Assembly: GCA_026396115.1 (NCBI GenBank)
Contig: JAPLXL010000005.1
Location: forward strand, 2,967-66,966
Direction: 5' to 3'
Source: Candidatus Nealsonbacteria bacterium
GTDB taxonomy: Bacteria; Patescibacteriota; Minisyncoccia; Minisyncoccales; RBG-13-42-11
DNA: 64,000 bases
The stretch's first letter is position 1, and the number at the start of each line of letters is the position of its first letter. Under the pieces are notes generated by a model that saw only the letters and a list, made by a program, of their open reading frames with translations, did not search any database and was not told the origin of the DNA. The translations under genes were made by a program, and so were the position numbers. This document shows positions 47,229 through 55,971 of the stretch, piece after piece.

Positions 47229-49763
47229 ATGAAATTTTCAGATTACACAATAAAAAATGTTAAGTCGGTTTTAAAGGAGTTAAAAACTTCTGAGAAAGGC
47301 CTTTCAGAAAAAGAAGCTCTAAAAAGACTTAAACAATATGGGTTAAATGAGCCTACCAAGAAAAAGAAGAATAATATTTTTTTTCAAATCCTTTCGAGAT
47401 TTACCAATCCTCTTGTTGTTGCTCTTTTGGTTATTGCAATTATTTCAATGTTTTTAGGAGAGATAATTAGTGCAATTTTAATTTTTTTAATGGCTATAAT
47501 AAGCGTTTTACTTTCTTTTACTCAAGAACATCGAGCGGGAAAAGAAATAGAAAATCTTATTGAAATGGTGCGAACGACCGCTACTGTTTATCGAAATAGT
47601 AAACCAAAAGAAGTTAAAATTCAGGAACTAGTTCCCGGAGACATAGTTGAGTTATTTGCCGGCGATATGATTCCTGCTGATTTAAGAATTATTTCTTGCA
47701 AAGATTTGTTTATTAATCAAGCTTCTTTGACCGGGGAATCATTCCCCGTAGAAAAAGTTTCAACTCCCATAACATCGAAAAACGATTCAATGTCTGAGTT
47801 AAACAACATTGCTTTTATGGGATCAAGCGTGGTGAGTGGAGGAGCATTGGGAGTAGTTTTAAAAACGGGCACTTCTACGCAGTTTGGTGAACTTTCTCAA
47901 AAAGTTGCGGGAATCGAGGTAGAAACGGGTTTTGAAAAGGGAATACGTAACTTCACCTTGTTGATGATTCGTTCAGCGCTATTTATGGTTATTTTTATTT
48001 TTGCCATCAATGCTTTGCGTCGGGGCGATTTTATGGAGTCATTGCTTTTTTCCATTGGAGTTGCTGTTGGTCTTATGCCCGAAATGTTACCCATGATAGT
48101 CACCATAAACCTTTCCAAGGGTGCCATTACGATGTCAAAAAAAGAAGTTATTGTTAGACGTTTAGGTTCCATACAAAATTTCGGCGCAATGGATATACTC
48201 TGTACGGATAAAACCGGCACCCTTACTATGAATAAAATAATTTTGGAGAAGCATTGCGATGTTGCAGGCAAAGAAAGCGAAGACGTCTTGAGGTATGCTT
48301 ATATTAATAGTTTTTATCAAACAGGGTTAAAAGATCTTTTAGACCAAACGATTTTGAAGCACGAAAAAATATTATTAAAACAATTTAAAAAAATAGACGA
48401 AGTACCTTTTGATTTTTTAAGAAGAATTATGTCCGTAGTTGTAGAAACAGATAGCGAACGTACGATTATTTCAAAAGGCGCTCCGGAGGAAATATTTAAA
48501 AGATGTTCTCGATATGAGTTGGACGGCGGAATATTTAGAACAAACGATATTGTTTTTTTAAATTTAAAAAAACAATACGACAGCTTAAGTTCGGAAGGTT
48601 TTAGAGTTCTAGCAATAGCTTATAAAAAAGTAAATAACAAAAAAGAAATATTTTCAAAAGAAGACGAGTCAAGTTTAATACTTAAGGGATATGTGGCATT
48701 TTTTGACCCGCCAAAGCCCAGCGCTAAACCAACAATTATTGAATTAAAAAAAATAGGAATAGAATTTAAAATTTTAACCGGAGACAACGATTTAGTTACA
48801 AAAAAAATATGTAATGATGTCGGGCTTGAGATTAAAGGTTTGGCGACGGGAGACCAAATAGAAAGATTAAGCGATAAAGAAATTCAGGAGTTAGTTAAAA
48901 ATACCACTATTTTTGCTCGTCTTTCGCCGTTGCAAAAAGCAAGAATAGTAAGCGCCCTGCGAGAAAATAAACACATAGTGGGTTATTTAGGAGATGGCAT
49001 GAATGATGCTCCGGCGCTGAAAGCTGCTGACGTGGGAATATCAGTAAATAATGCCGTTGATATTGCCAAAGAATCAGCCGACATAATTCTTCTTCGGAAA
49101 AGCTTAACGGTGCTTCGAGAAGGCGTTATAGAGGGGAGAAAGATTTTTGGTAATATTCTTAAATACGTAAAGATGGGTTCAAGTTCAAACTTAGGCAATA
49201 TGTTAAGCATGACCGGAGGCAGTATGTTTTTGCCTTTTTTACCGATGTTGCCGATACAAATTCTTTTAAATAATTTTCTTTACGATATGTCTCAGGTGGC
49301 AATACCCACAGACGAGGTAGACAAAGAATATATAAACAAAGCACGGCCATGGAACGTAGGTTACATTAAAAGATTTATGTTTATTATCGGACCGATTAGT
49401 TCGCTTTATGATTTTATTACTTATGGAGTTATGTTGTTTGTTTTCAATGCTTCTGCTTTCCCGGAGTTGTTTCACACGGGATGGTTTATAGAATCCTTGT
49501 GTACTCAAACTCTTGTTATTCACATAATCCGTACGGGAAAAATTCCCTTCATCGAAAGCAGACCAAGCAGATCATTAATGCTAACCTCGTTTCTTATAGT
49601 GGCAATAGGTATAATTATTCCGTTTTCTCCTTTGGCAAAACCATTTGGATTTGTGGCGCCACCTCCCTTATATTTTTTAATATTATTTATTATGGTTATT
49701 ACTTATTTATTGCTTGTTCAGTTCGTTAAGAAATGGTTTATTAAAAAATACGGTTACGAATAA
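47229..49763 (+). CDS. mgtA: Magnesium-translocating P-type ATPase
   Basis: PEMLP, DKTGT, SSNLGN, PMLPIQILLNNFLYD. Confidence 0.9.
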   Translation: MKFSDYTIKNVKSVLKELKTSEKGLSEKEALKRLKQYGLNEPTKKKKNNIFFQILSRFTNPLVVALLVIAIISMFLGEIISAILIFLMAIISVLLSFTQEHRAGKEIENLIEMVRTTATVYRNSKPKEVKIQELVPGDIVELFAGDMIPADLRIISCKDLFINQASLTGESFPVEKVSTPITSKNDSMSELNNIAFMGSSVVSGGALGVVLKTGTSTQFGELSQKVAGIEVETGFEKGIRNFTLLMIRSALFMVIFIFAINALRRGDFMESLLFSIGVAVGLMPEMLPMIVTINLSKGAITMSKKEVIVRRLGSIQNFGAMDILCTDKTGTLTMNKIILEKHCDVAGKESEDVLRYAYINSFYQTGLKDLLDQTILKHEKILLKQFKKIDEVPFDFLRRIMSVVVETDSERTIISKGAPEEIFKRCSRYELDGGIFRTNDIVFLNLKKQYDSLSSEGFRVLAIAYKKVNNKKEIFSKEDESSLILKGYVAFFDPPKPSAKPTIIELKKIGIEFKILTGDNDLVTKKICNDVGLEIKGLATGDQIERLSDKEIQELVKNTTIFARLSPLQKARIVSALRENKHIVGYLGDGMNDAPALKAADVGISVNNAVDIAKESADIILLRKSLTVLREGVIEGRKIFGNILKYVKMGSSSNLGNMLSMTGGSMFLPFLPMLPIQILLNNFLYDMSQVAIPTDEVDKEYINKARPWNVGYIKRFMFIIGPISSLYDFITYGVMLFVFNASAFPELFHTGWFIESLCTQTLVIHIIRTGKIPFIESRPSRSLMLTSFLIVAIGIIIPFSPLAKPFGFVAPPPLYFLILFIMVITYLLLVQFVKKWFIKKYGYE

Positions 49764-50070
49764 TTTATTTTTAGATATAAAATTAATTTTACAAACCAAA
49801 TTCCTTGCACAAAATAGTTAATTATACATGAGACTAGGCTCTGACAGTGTCCAGTTCCCGGAGTTCCATATTGACTTTTAATTTATAATTTCGTACGGAT
49901 TTTTTCTTCCCTAAAAAGGATAAGGAAGGTTTCTTTCGATATACTTTTGGGGGAGTAGATTTTTGATGAAGAAATGATATATTCTACTTGAGAATAATTT
50001 TAATTACGGGCGGCTTAGTATAAATCACGAAAACTTATCAGGACTGATAAAATGTAAAGTTATTTTATTT

Positions 50071-50922
50071 ATGTTAGAAAACATTGTTATATCAAATCCA
50101 GAAAAGTTAGAAGAATCGAAAAAATTAATTTCTGAGGCTGGGGTAAATAAACTCCATATTGTAACTGATTTTGACAGGACTTTGACAACAGCTTTTGTTG
50201 ATGGGAAAAGTATCCCTTCTCTTATTTCGGTTTTGCGTGACGGAAACTATTTAACGCCCGATTATGCCCCAAAGGCAAACAGGCTTTACGCTAAATATCA
50301 TCCAATTGAAATCGATCCAAAAATTCCTTTTGAAGAAAAAAAGAAGGCGATGTATGAATGGTGGGCAACCCATTTCGATTTGTTAATTAAATCGGGATTA
50401 AATAAAAGGGATTTAAAAAGAGTTGTCGAATCTCAAAAAGTTAAGTTGAGAGATGGATTTGGAGATTTTATTGTTTTTTTAAAAACCCATAACATTCCTT
50501 TGGTTATTATTTCTTCAAGCGGTTTGGGTGGCGACACCATTTCAATGTATCTGGAAAAAGAAGGAAAGTTATATAATAACGTTCATATTATTTCTAATTC
50601 ATACGAGTGGGACGAGAATGATAATGCAATTGCCATTAGGCAACCGATTATCCATATGCTGAATAAAGACAAAACTGTAATCCAAAATCTCCCGGTTTTT
50701 AATGTAATAAAAAATAGAAAAAATATTTTATTATTAGGAGATAGTTTAGATGATATCGGAATGATTAAGGGTTTCGATTACAATAATCTGATTAAAATAG
50801 GATTCCTGAATGAAAATATAGAGGAGAATTTAGAACATTATAAACGTAATTTTGACATCGTAATTTTAAATGGTTATACTATGGATTATATTAATGCGTT
50901 ATTAAGAGAACTTTTTTCATAA
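50071..50922 (+). CDS. HAD pyrimidine 5'-nucleotidase (UMPH-1/NT5C3-like)
   Basis: DFDRTLT, KYHPIEIDP, MYEWW, LLGDSLDD, KIGFLN. Confidence 0.8.
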   Translation: MLENIVISNPEKLEESKKLISEAGVNKLHIVTDFDRTLTTAFVDGKSIPSLISVLRDGNYLTPDYAPKANRLYAKYHPIEIDPKIPFEEKKKAMYEWWATHFDLLIKSGLNKRDLKRVVESQKVKLRDGFGDFIVFLKTHNIPLVIISSSGLGGDTISMYLEKEGKLYNNVHIISNSYEWDENDNAIAIRQPIIHMLNKDKTVIQNLPVFNVIKNRKNILLLGDSLDDIGMIKGFDYNNLIKIGFLNENIEENLEHYKRNFDIVILNGYTMDYINALLRELFS

Positions 50923-50969
50923 AAAAGGTCGGCAAAAATAAATAAAAATTAAAAATAAAATAAAAGACT

Positions 50970-51365
50970 ATGAAAAATTTAAAGAAAGAATTTTACGATA
51001 GTAAAGCCTGGGGTTTGTCAACCAGCGTAGACCTTTACAATTGTAATCCACAAATCATAAGAGATGCAGAAGCAATAAAAAGGTACGTTAAAGAACTTTG
51101 TGAATTAATTGAAATGAAACGATTTGGGGACACTCAAGTTGTTGATTTTGGTGAAGACGAGAAAGTTGCCGGATACTCTATGGTCCAACTCATTGAGACT
51201 TCCTTGATTTCAGGACACTTTACCAATAAGAGCAATAATGCCTACATAGACATATTTAGTTGCAAATATTATGAACCTTCGGTAGTAGCAGAATTTACAA
51301 AGAATTTCTTTAAATCAAAAAAAGTAAAGACGCATCATATCCTAAGAGGCAAAGAGAAATTATAA
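50970..51365 (+). CDS. S-adenosylmethionine decarboxylase family proenzyme
   Basis: DLYNC, GYSMVQLIETSLISGHF, YIDIFSC. Confidence 0.8.
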   Translation: MKNLKKEFYDSKAWGLSTSVDLYNCNPQIIRDAEAIKRYVKELCELIEMKRFGDTQVVDFGEDEKVAGYSMVQLIETSLISGHFTNKSNNAYIDIFSCKYYEPSVVAEFTKNFFKSKKVKTHHILRGKEKL

Positions 51366-51461
51366 AAAAGAGACATAAAAGAGAAAAATGACTAAAAAGA
51401 AAAAAAGATAAACTTTATAAAAAATCGCCAAGAAGGCGGTTTTTTGTTAATGTAAAATAAT

Positions 51462-52259
51462 ATGTTGACTCTCTCGGGTTTAAAAAAAGAATTAAAAGCC
51501 AAAGCCAGTCCCAAAAAGGCGAAGATCCTGCAAAGATTCTTTAAAACAGGTCCCGGAGAATACGGCTATGGTGATGTTTTTTTAGGCGTGGTGGTTCCGG
51601 AAACAAGGAAAGTAGCCAAGAAATACAGCACTCTTAAAGTGGCAGATGCGGTAAAATTATTGCATTCCAAAATCCATGAAGAAAGATTAGCTGCTCTTTT
51701 AATTATGGTTGATAAATTTCAAGCTCCCGAGCAACAGCGAAGTCGAAAAAGGATTTCATCCTCTTTCTTACCTTCGCTTCCTTCGAAAGCTCGGTGGGGG
51801 AAGAAGAAAGTTTACTTTCTTCGCCCCGGAAACGAACAAGAAATAATTTATAAAACATATTTGAAAAACACAAAATACATAAATAATTGGGATTTGGTGG
51901 ATTTGTCGGCTGAAAAAATAGTAGGGGATTATCTTTTTGATAAACCGAAAGAAATTCTTTACAAATTAGCTAAATCAAAAAGCGTTTGGGAAAGAAGAAT
52001 AGCCATTATAGCAACTTTTAACTTTATTAAAAACAATAAGTTTGAAGAAACTTTTAAAATTTCTAAAATTCTTTTAAATGATGAACATGATTTAATCCAT
52101 AAAGCGGTTGGTTGGATGTTAAGAGAGGTTGGCAAGAGAGATATTAAAACAGAAAAAGATTTTCTTGATAAATATTCTAAAAAAATGGCTAGAACTACGT
52201 TTCGCTATGCCATTGAGAGATTTCCGGAAAAAAATATGTTAATTAAAAAGAAAAAATAA
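51462..52259 (+). CDS. DNA alkylation repair protein (AlkD-like)
   Basis: FFKTGPGEYG, INNWDLVD, HKAVGWMLREVG, RYAIERF; 35-aa repeat-derived insert. Confidence 0.9.
   Translation: MLTLSGLKKELKAKASPKKAKILQRFFKTGPGEYGYGDVFLGVVVPETRKVAKKYSTLKVADAVKLLHSKIHEERLAALLIMVDKFQAPEQQRSRKRISSSFLPSLPSKARWGKKKVYFLRPGNEQEIIYKTYLKNTKYINNWDLVDLSAEKIVGDYLFDKPKEILYKLAKSKSVWERRIAIIATFNFIKNNKFEETFKISKILLNDEHDLIHKAVGWMLREVGKRDIKTEKDFLDKYSKKMARTTFRYAIERFPEKNMLIKKKK
51724..51826. repeat. Nested family A elements in frame in alkD-like gene
   Basis: 54-bp inverted unit at 51742-51795 inside a unit matching 56851-56898. Confidence 0.9.
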
Positions 52260-52309
52260 AAACCCGCTTGAACTTTAAAATCAAGCGGGCATAAACTTAA
52301 CTATTAAAT

Positions 52310-52660
52310 TCAGAATGCTTTGATTTTTCTCTTTTTATTTTTTCTTTTCGTATCCCGAAGGATACAAAAAAGTTCAGGTATTCGGCAAAGACACTCAATC
52401 TTCCCATTTATAGTGCAATATTGCCTCCCATCATCATTTATTTCATAAAAACTGCAAACTCCAAAATTAATTTTGTGCTTCCTTTGAAGGGAAAAAACAA
52501 GTTGTCTTGCCGACACAGGATCCCAGAGCAAGATTTCCGGTAAAATCTGCGTTAATTTAATATACCCTTCCCAAATGGTCGCACAATTACGTAAAAGATT
52601 AAAACCGTTCTTCTCCCTGATTAGTTTCAAAGCCTCTTTTACTTTATCCTTCATTTTCAA
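52310..52660 (-). CDS. Hypothetical protein
   Basis: 116-aa ORF, GGGAGG SD, upstream TTGACA/TATAAT promoter. Confidence 0.6.
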   Translation of the reverse strand: MKMKDKVKEALKLIREKNGFNLLRNCATIWEGYIKLTQILPEILLWDPVSARQLVFSLQRKHKINFGVCSFYEINDDGRQYCTINGKIECLCRIPELFCILRDTKRKNKKRKIKAF

Positions 52661-52863
52661 CCTCCCTTTAAAATAAAAATTTTATAAAGAACTACTAGAT
52701 TGAAATGTTATTATAATATTTAAAGTAAGATGTGTCAAGTTTTCTTATTTTGACAAGAGAAACGTTTAAGTTAAGAGAATCCGAAAACAGAAAAAGAAAA
52801 TAGAGCTGACACCTATTTTCTTTACTAAAAATCCTCTTATCTCTACAAAAGAAATAAGAGGAT

Positions 52864-53598
52864 TTAAATTTGGTCAACCTTCCTTAAAAGTTCTTCAACC
52901 ATTACTGCTCTTTTCTGAGCCTTAGTTAATTCCTTATTTTTGACTACTTTTTCTAAATCCCGGTAAAAGATAGGACCTCCAATTCTTAGGTCAGCTTCTA
53001 CCATTCTTGATAAATAATAATACCATTTTCCTTTGGGCTTCCCGTATGGACCTTTTGTTTTAACGTTTAGAGCAAATATAGGAATTTCCTGGCCGGTCAT
53101 TTGCTCGACTTTCTTGACAACTAAGATAATTCCTCCGAAGAATTTTTTATTTTCCGGGACGGTTGTACCTTCCGGAAAGATGGCAACATTGTTCCCATCT
53201 TTAAGAGTTTTAATAATCTCTTCGATAGTGCTTTTTTTCGGATTATCCCGGTCAATATAAATTATGAAGTTGTTTGAGAGAGGGATAAGTTGAAAAAATA
53301 CTTTTAACTCATTTTTGGCAACATATTTTAATCTGTTTTTCAGTGAAGGCCCAAATGCAACCGGTAGGAAAGGTATATCCCAGTAACTTTTGTGCCTGGC
53401 TACCACCACAAAAGGAAGGTGGTGTTGTTTCCGCCAGTTCAAAGGTTTTTCTCGACCGTAGATGCGGACCCGGAAAAGAAGACGGGAAATAAGAAAAAGT
53501 AAATAAGTGACAATTCGGTAAAATGCATCATTAAGAACAAGGTCAATGGCTTGTTTGGTTTTCCGGAAAGTGATTTTTAAAGAACTCATTATTTTCAC
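52864..53598 (-). CDS. Lysophospholipid acyltransferase (PlsC family)
   Basis: HKSYWD, AKNEL, IDR, IFPEGT. Confidence 0.85.
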   Translation of the reverse strand: MKIMSSLKITFRKTKQAIDLVLNDAFYRIVTYLLFLISRLLFRVRIYGREKPLNWRKQHHLPFVVVARHKSYWDIPFLPVAFGPSLKNRLKYVAKNELKVFFQLIPLSNNFIIYIDRDNPKKSTIEEIIKTLKDGNNVAIFPEGTTVPENKKFFGGIILVVKKVEQMTGQEIPIFALNVKTKGPYGKPKGKWYYYLSRMVEADLRIGGPIFYRDLEKVVKNKELTKAQKRAVMVEELLRKVDQI

Positions 53599-53748
53599 CT
53601 CCTGAAAGAATTAATTGTTGATTGATAAATATACAATTAAATATGCTAAATGTCAATCGGGTTTTTAATTTGAGTTATTTTTAGCTATAATAAAAGAAAC
53701 TAAGACCAAAGGAAAAATGGTGTCAACTCTGATTCTTTAAAGCAAAAT

Positions 53749-54264
53749 ATGAAAAAAACTATTAAGAAAATTTTAAAAGTAAAACCATTCCAGGAGACAT
53801 TAAATAGTAGTTACTGCGGTCCGGCATCGCTAAAAATAGTATTAGATTATTACGGAATCAAGAAAACAGAAAAAGAATTAGCTAAAATGACTGGCTGGAA
53901 TAAGGATTTGGGAGTAGACGATAAAGGGATCAAAAAAGCAGCGGAAGCGTTGGGTTTTAAGGTAAAAATAAAAAATAATAGCAATTATTCAGATATCCAA
54001 AAATGGCTGGACAAAAGAGTTCCGGTTATTGTTGATTGGTTTACAAGGGGCAGAAATGATTGTACTGATTCTGATATTCCGGACGGCCATTCTTCTGTTG
54101 TGGCAGGACTTGATAATAAATTTATTTATCTTCAAGATCCTGAAATAGGGAAGATAAGAAAATTAAACAGGGAAGACTTTATGACAGTTTGGTTTGATTT
54201 CAGGGGTAAATATATAAAACCTAATGGATTAGTCATCAGACAGATTATCGCGATATATAAATAA
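53749..54264 (+). CDS. Peptidase C39-like cysteine peptidase
   Basis: Q..CGPASL, GHSSV, QDP catalytic set. Confidence 0.85.
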   Translation: MKKTIKKILKVKPFQETLNSSYCGPASLKIVLDYYGIKKTEKELAKMTGWNKDLGVDDKGIKKAAEALGFKVKIKNNSNYSDIQKWLDKRVPVIVDWFTRGRNDCTDSDIPDGHSSVVAGLDNKFIYLQDPEIGKIRKLNREDFMTVWFDFRGKYIKPNGLVIRQIIAIYK

Positions 54265-54273
54265 TATATATTT

Positions 54274-55527
54274 ATGGAAGAAGAATATCAACAAAAATCT
54301 GAGAAAATTTTCTCCGTTTCGGAGTTTATAACGCTTCTGAATATAGGACTTAATAAGTCCCAAGTTAAAATGATTGGAGAAGTAAGCGAGGCAAAGATCA
54401 ATTCGTCTGGCCATGTTTATTTTGTGTTAAAAGATAAAAAAGATGGAAGCGTAATAAATTGTGCAATCTGGAAACATAGATATGCGATATATGGAATCAA
54501 GTTGAAGGAGGGAATGGAGATTATTGTTTTTGGCCACCCCAATATACATAAAACTTATGGATTTTCTTTTATAGTCGAAACGGTTGAGTTGGCCGGGGAG
54601 GGAGCTTTAAAAAAAGAATACGAGAGATTGAAAAAGAAACTGACAGAAGAAGGGCTTTTTGCCGAGGAAAGAAAAAAACTGATTCCAAAATATTGCCGCA
54701 AGGTGGGTCTGATTACCTCAAAACAGGGTGCGGCTCTGGGGGATTTTTTAAGCAATTTGGGAAAATACGGATTTCAGATAAAAATGATTGATTCACGCGT
54801 TGAGGGGCAGGAAGCAGTTACCGAACTTTTGCGCTCAATAAAGACATTCAGAAATCAGGATATAGATGTTTTAGCCATAATCCGCGGGGGAGGATCGGCT
54901 GAATCTTTGGAAGTATTCAATAATGAATTGCTGGTCAGGGAGGTGGCAAAATTTCCGGTTCCGGTAATCGCGGGCATTGGACACGACAAAGACGAGCCGT
55001 TGGTTGCCTTGGCGGCCGACGCTTCGGAATCCACTCCTACTGCCGTTGCCAACCTGCTTAATGAATCATGGGAAGAAGCCCTCCTGCGTTTGGAGAGATA
55101 TGAGAGGGGAATTTTGGGATACTTTGAGGAAATTTTTGAAAAATATAGAAACGCAGAGCGCTCATTAATGATTTCTTTTGGGAACTTTAAAAATGCTTTA
55201 TTAAATGTTAAAATGAATTTAAGAAATTCGGTTAATAAATCTCTTTCTGGATTTAAATCATTATTATCAAAAATTAATCAGCAGCTGGAACACGCTGAAA
55301 AAGTAGTTAATCTTAATAATCCGGTGCGGCAATTAATGCTCGGTTACAGTATTGCCAGATGTCATGGCAGAATAATTAGAACCGTGAAAAATACCAAAAT
55401 AGGGGACAATATAGACATTCAAGTAATTGATGGAAAAATTAATTCGGAGGCGAAGAGAATTTCATTCTCTTCTTCACCTTCGCCCCTCCTCCAAAAAAGG
55501 GGCTCGGTAAGTAAAAAATATAAGTAA
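54274..55527 (+). CDS. xseA: Exodeoxyribonuclease VII large subunit
   Basis: SGHVYF.LKD, RGGGS, GIGH.D, TPTA. Confidence 0.93.
   Translation: MEEEYQQKSEKIFSVSEFITLLNIGLNKSQVKMIGEVSEAKINSSGHVYFVLKDKKDGSVINCAIWKHRYAIYGIKLKEGMEIIVFGHPNIHKTYGFSFIVETVELAGEGALKKEYERLKKKLTEEGLFAEERKKLIPKYCRKVGLITSKQGAALGDFLSNLGKYGFQIKMIDSRVEGQEAVTELLRSIKTFRNQDIDVLAIIRGGGSAESLEVFNNELLVREVAKFPVPVIAGIGHDKDEPLVALAADASESTPTAVANLLNESWEEALLRLERYERGILGYFEEIFEKYRNAERSLMISFGNFKNALLNVKMNLRNSVNKSLSGFKSLLSKINQQLEHAEKVVNLNNPVRQLMLGYSIARCHGRIIRTVKNTKIGDNIDIQVIDGKINSEAKRISFSSSPSPLLQKRGSVSKKYK
55449..55508. repeat. Family A copy, in frame near xseA end (AKRISFSSSPSPLLQKRGSV)
   Basis: GGCGAAGAGAATTTCATTCTCTTC...GCCCCT..AGGGGCTCGGT, 60 bp. 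Confidence 0.85.
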
Positions 55528-55553
55528 AAAAATATAGCGAAGAATTAAAAATT

Positions 55554-55787
55554 ATGGCAAAAGAAAAACCAGACACAAAAAATTTAAATAATAGTCTTAA
55601 ACGTCTATTTGAAATTACCGAATGGTTTGACAACCAGGAAGAAATTGATGTTGAAGAAGGATTAAAAAAGGTAAAAGAAGCGGCAGAGCTTATTAAAGCC
55701 AGCAAAGAACGACTTAAAACTGTTGAAAATGAGTTTGAGGAAATCAAAAAAGAAATAGATATTGAGGAGGAAAAAGAACAAATATGA
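55554..55787 (+). CDS. xseB: Exodeoxyribonuclease VII small subunit
   Basis: Follows xseA; LKRLFEI...IDVEEGL...L...EN pattern. Confidence 0.85.
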   Translation: MAKEKPDTKNLNNSLKRLFEITEWFDNQEEIDVEEGLKKVKEAAELIKASKERLKTVENEFEEIKKEIDIEEEKEQI

Positions 55788-55971
55788 GAAAATCGAGAAA
55801 GTATTCGACAAAAAAAGTTCTTAGTAAGAAGATATTTTTTCCTCAGATAACCAAATTCAGGGTGAGAAGCGTAGCGGCGAGATTGGAACATCGAAGAGTG
55901 GAAGGAAAAAGAAATAAATAAAAGGGATCGCCCCGCTTACATCGGGACGATTTTTTAGTATAATTTTCACT

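Noticed and set aside
49780..50000. Possible IS end or gene remnant after mgtA
   Set aside because: Only vague resemblance to IS termini; no transposase frame or paired inverted repeat found
53749..54264. C39 peptidase as leader protease of the RiPP locus
   Set aside because: About 6 kb away in a separate module; the peptide has no double-glycine motif
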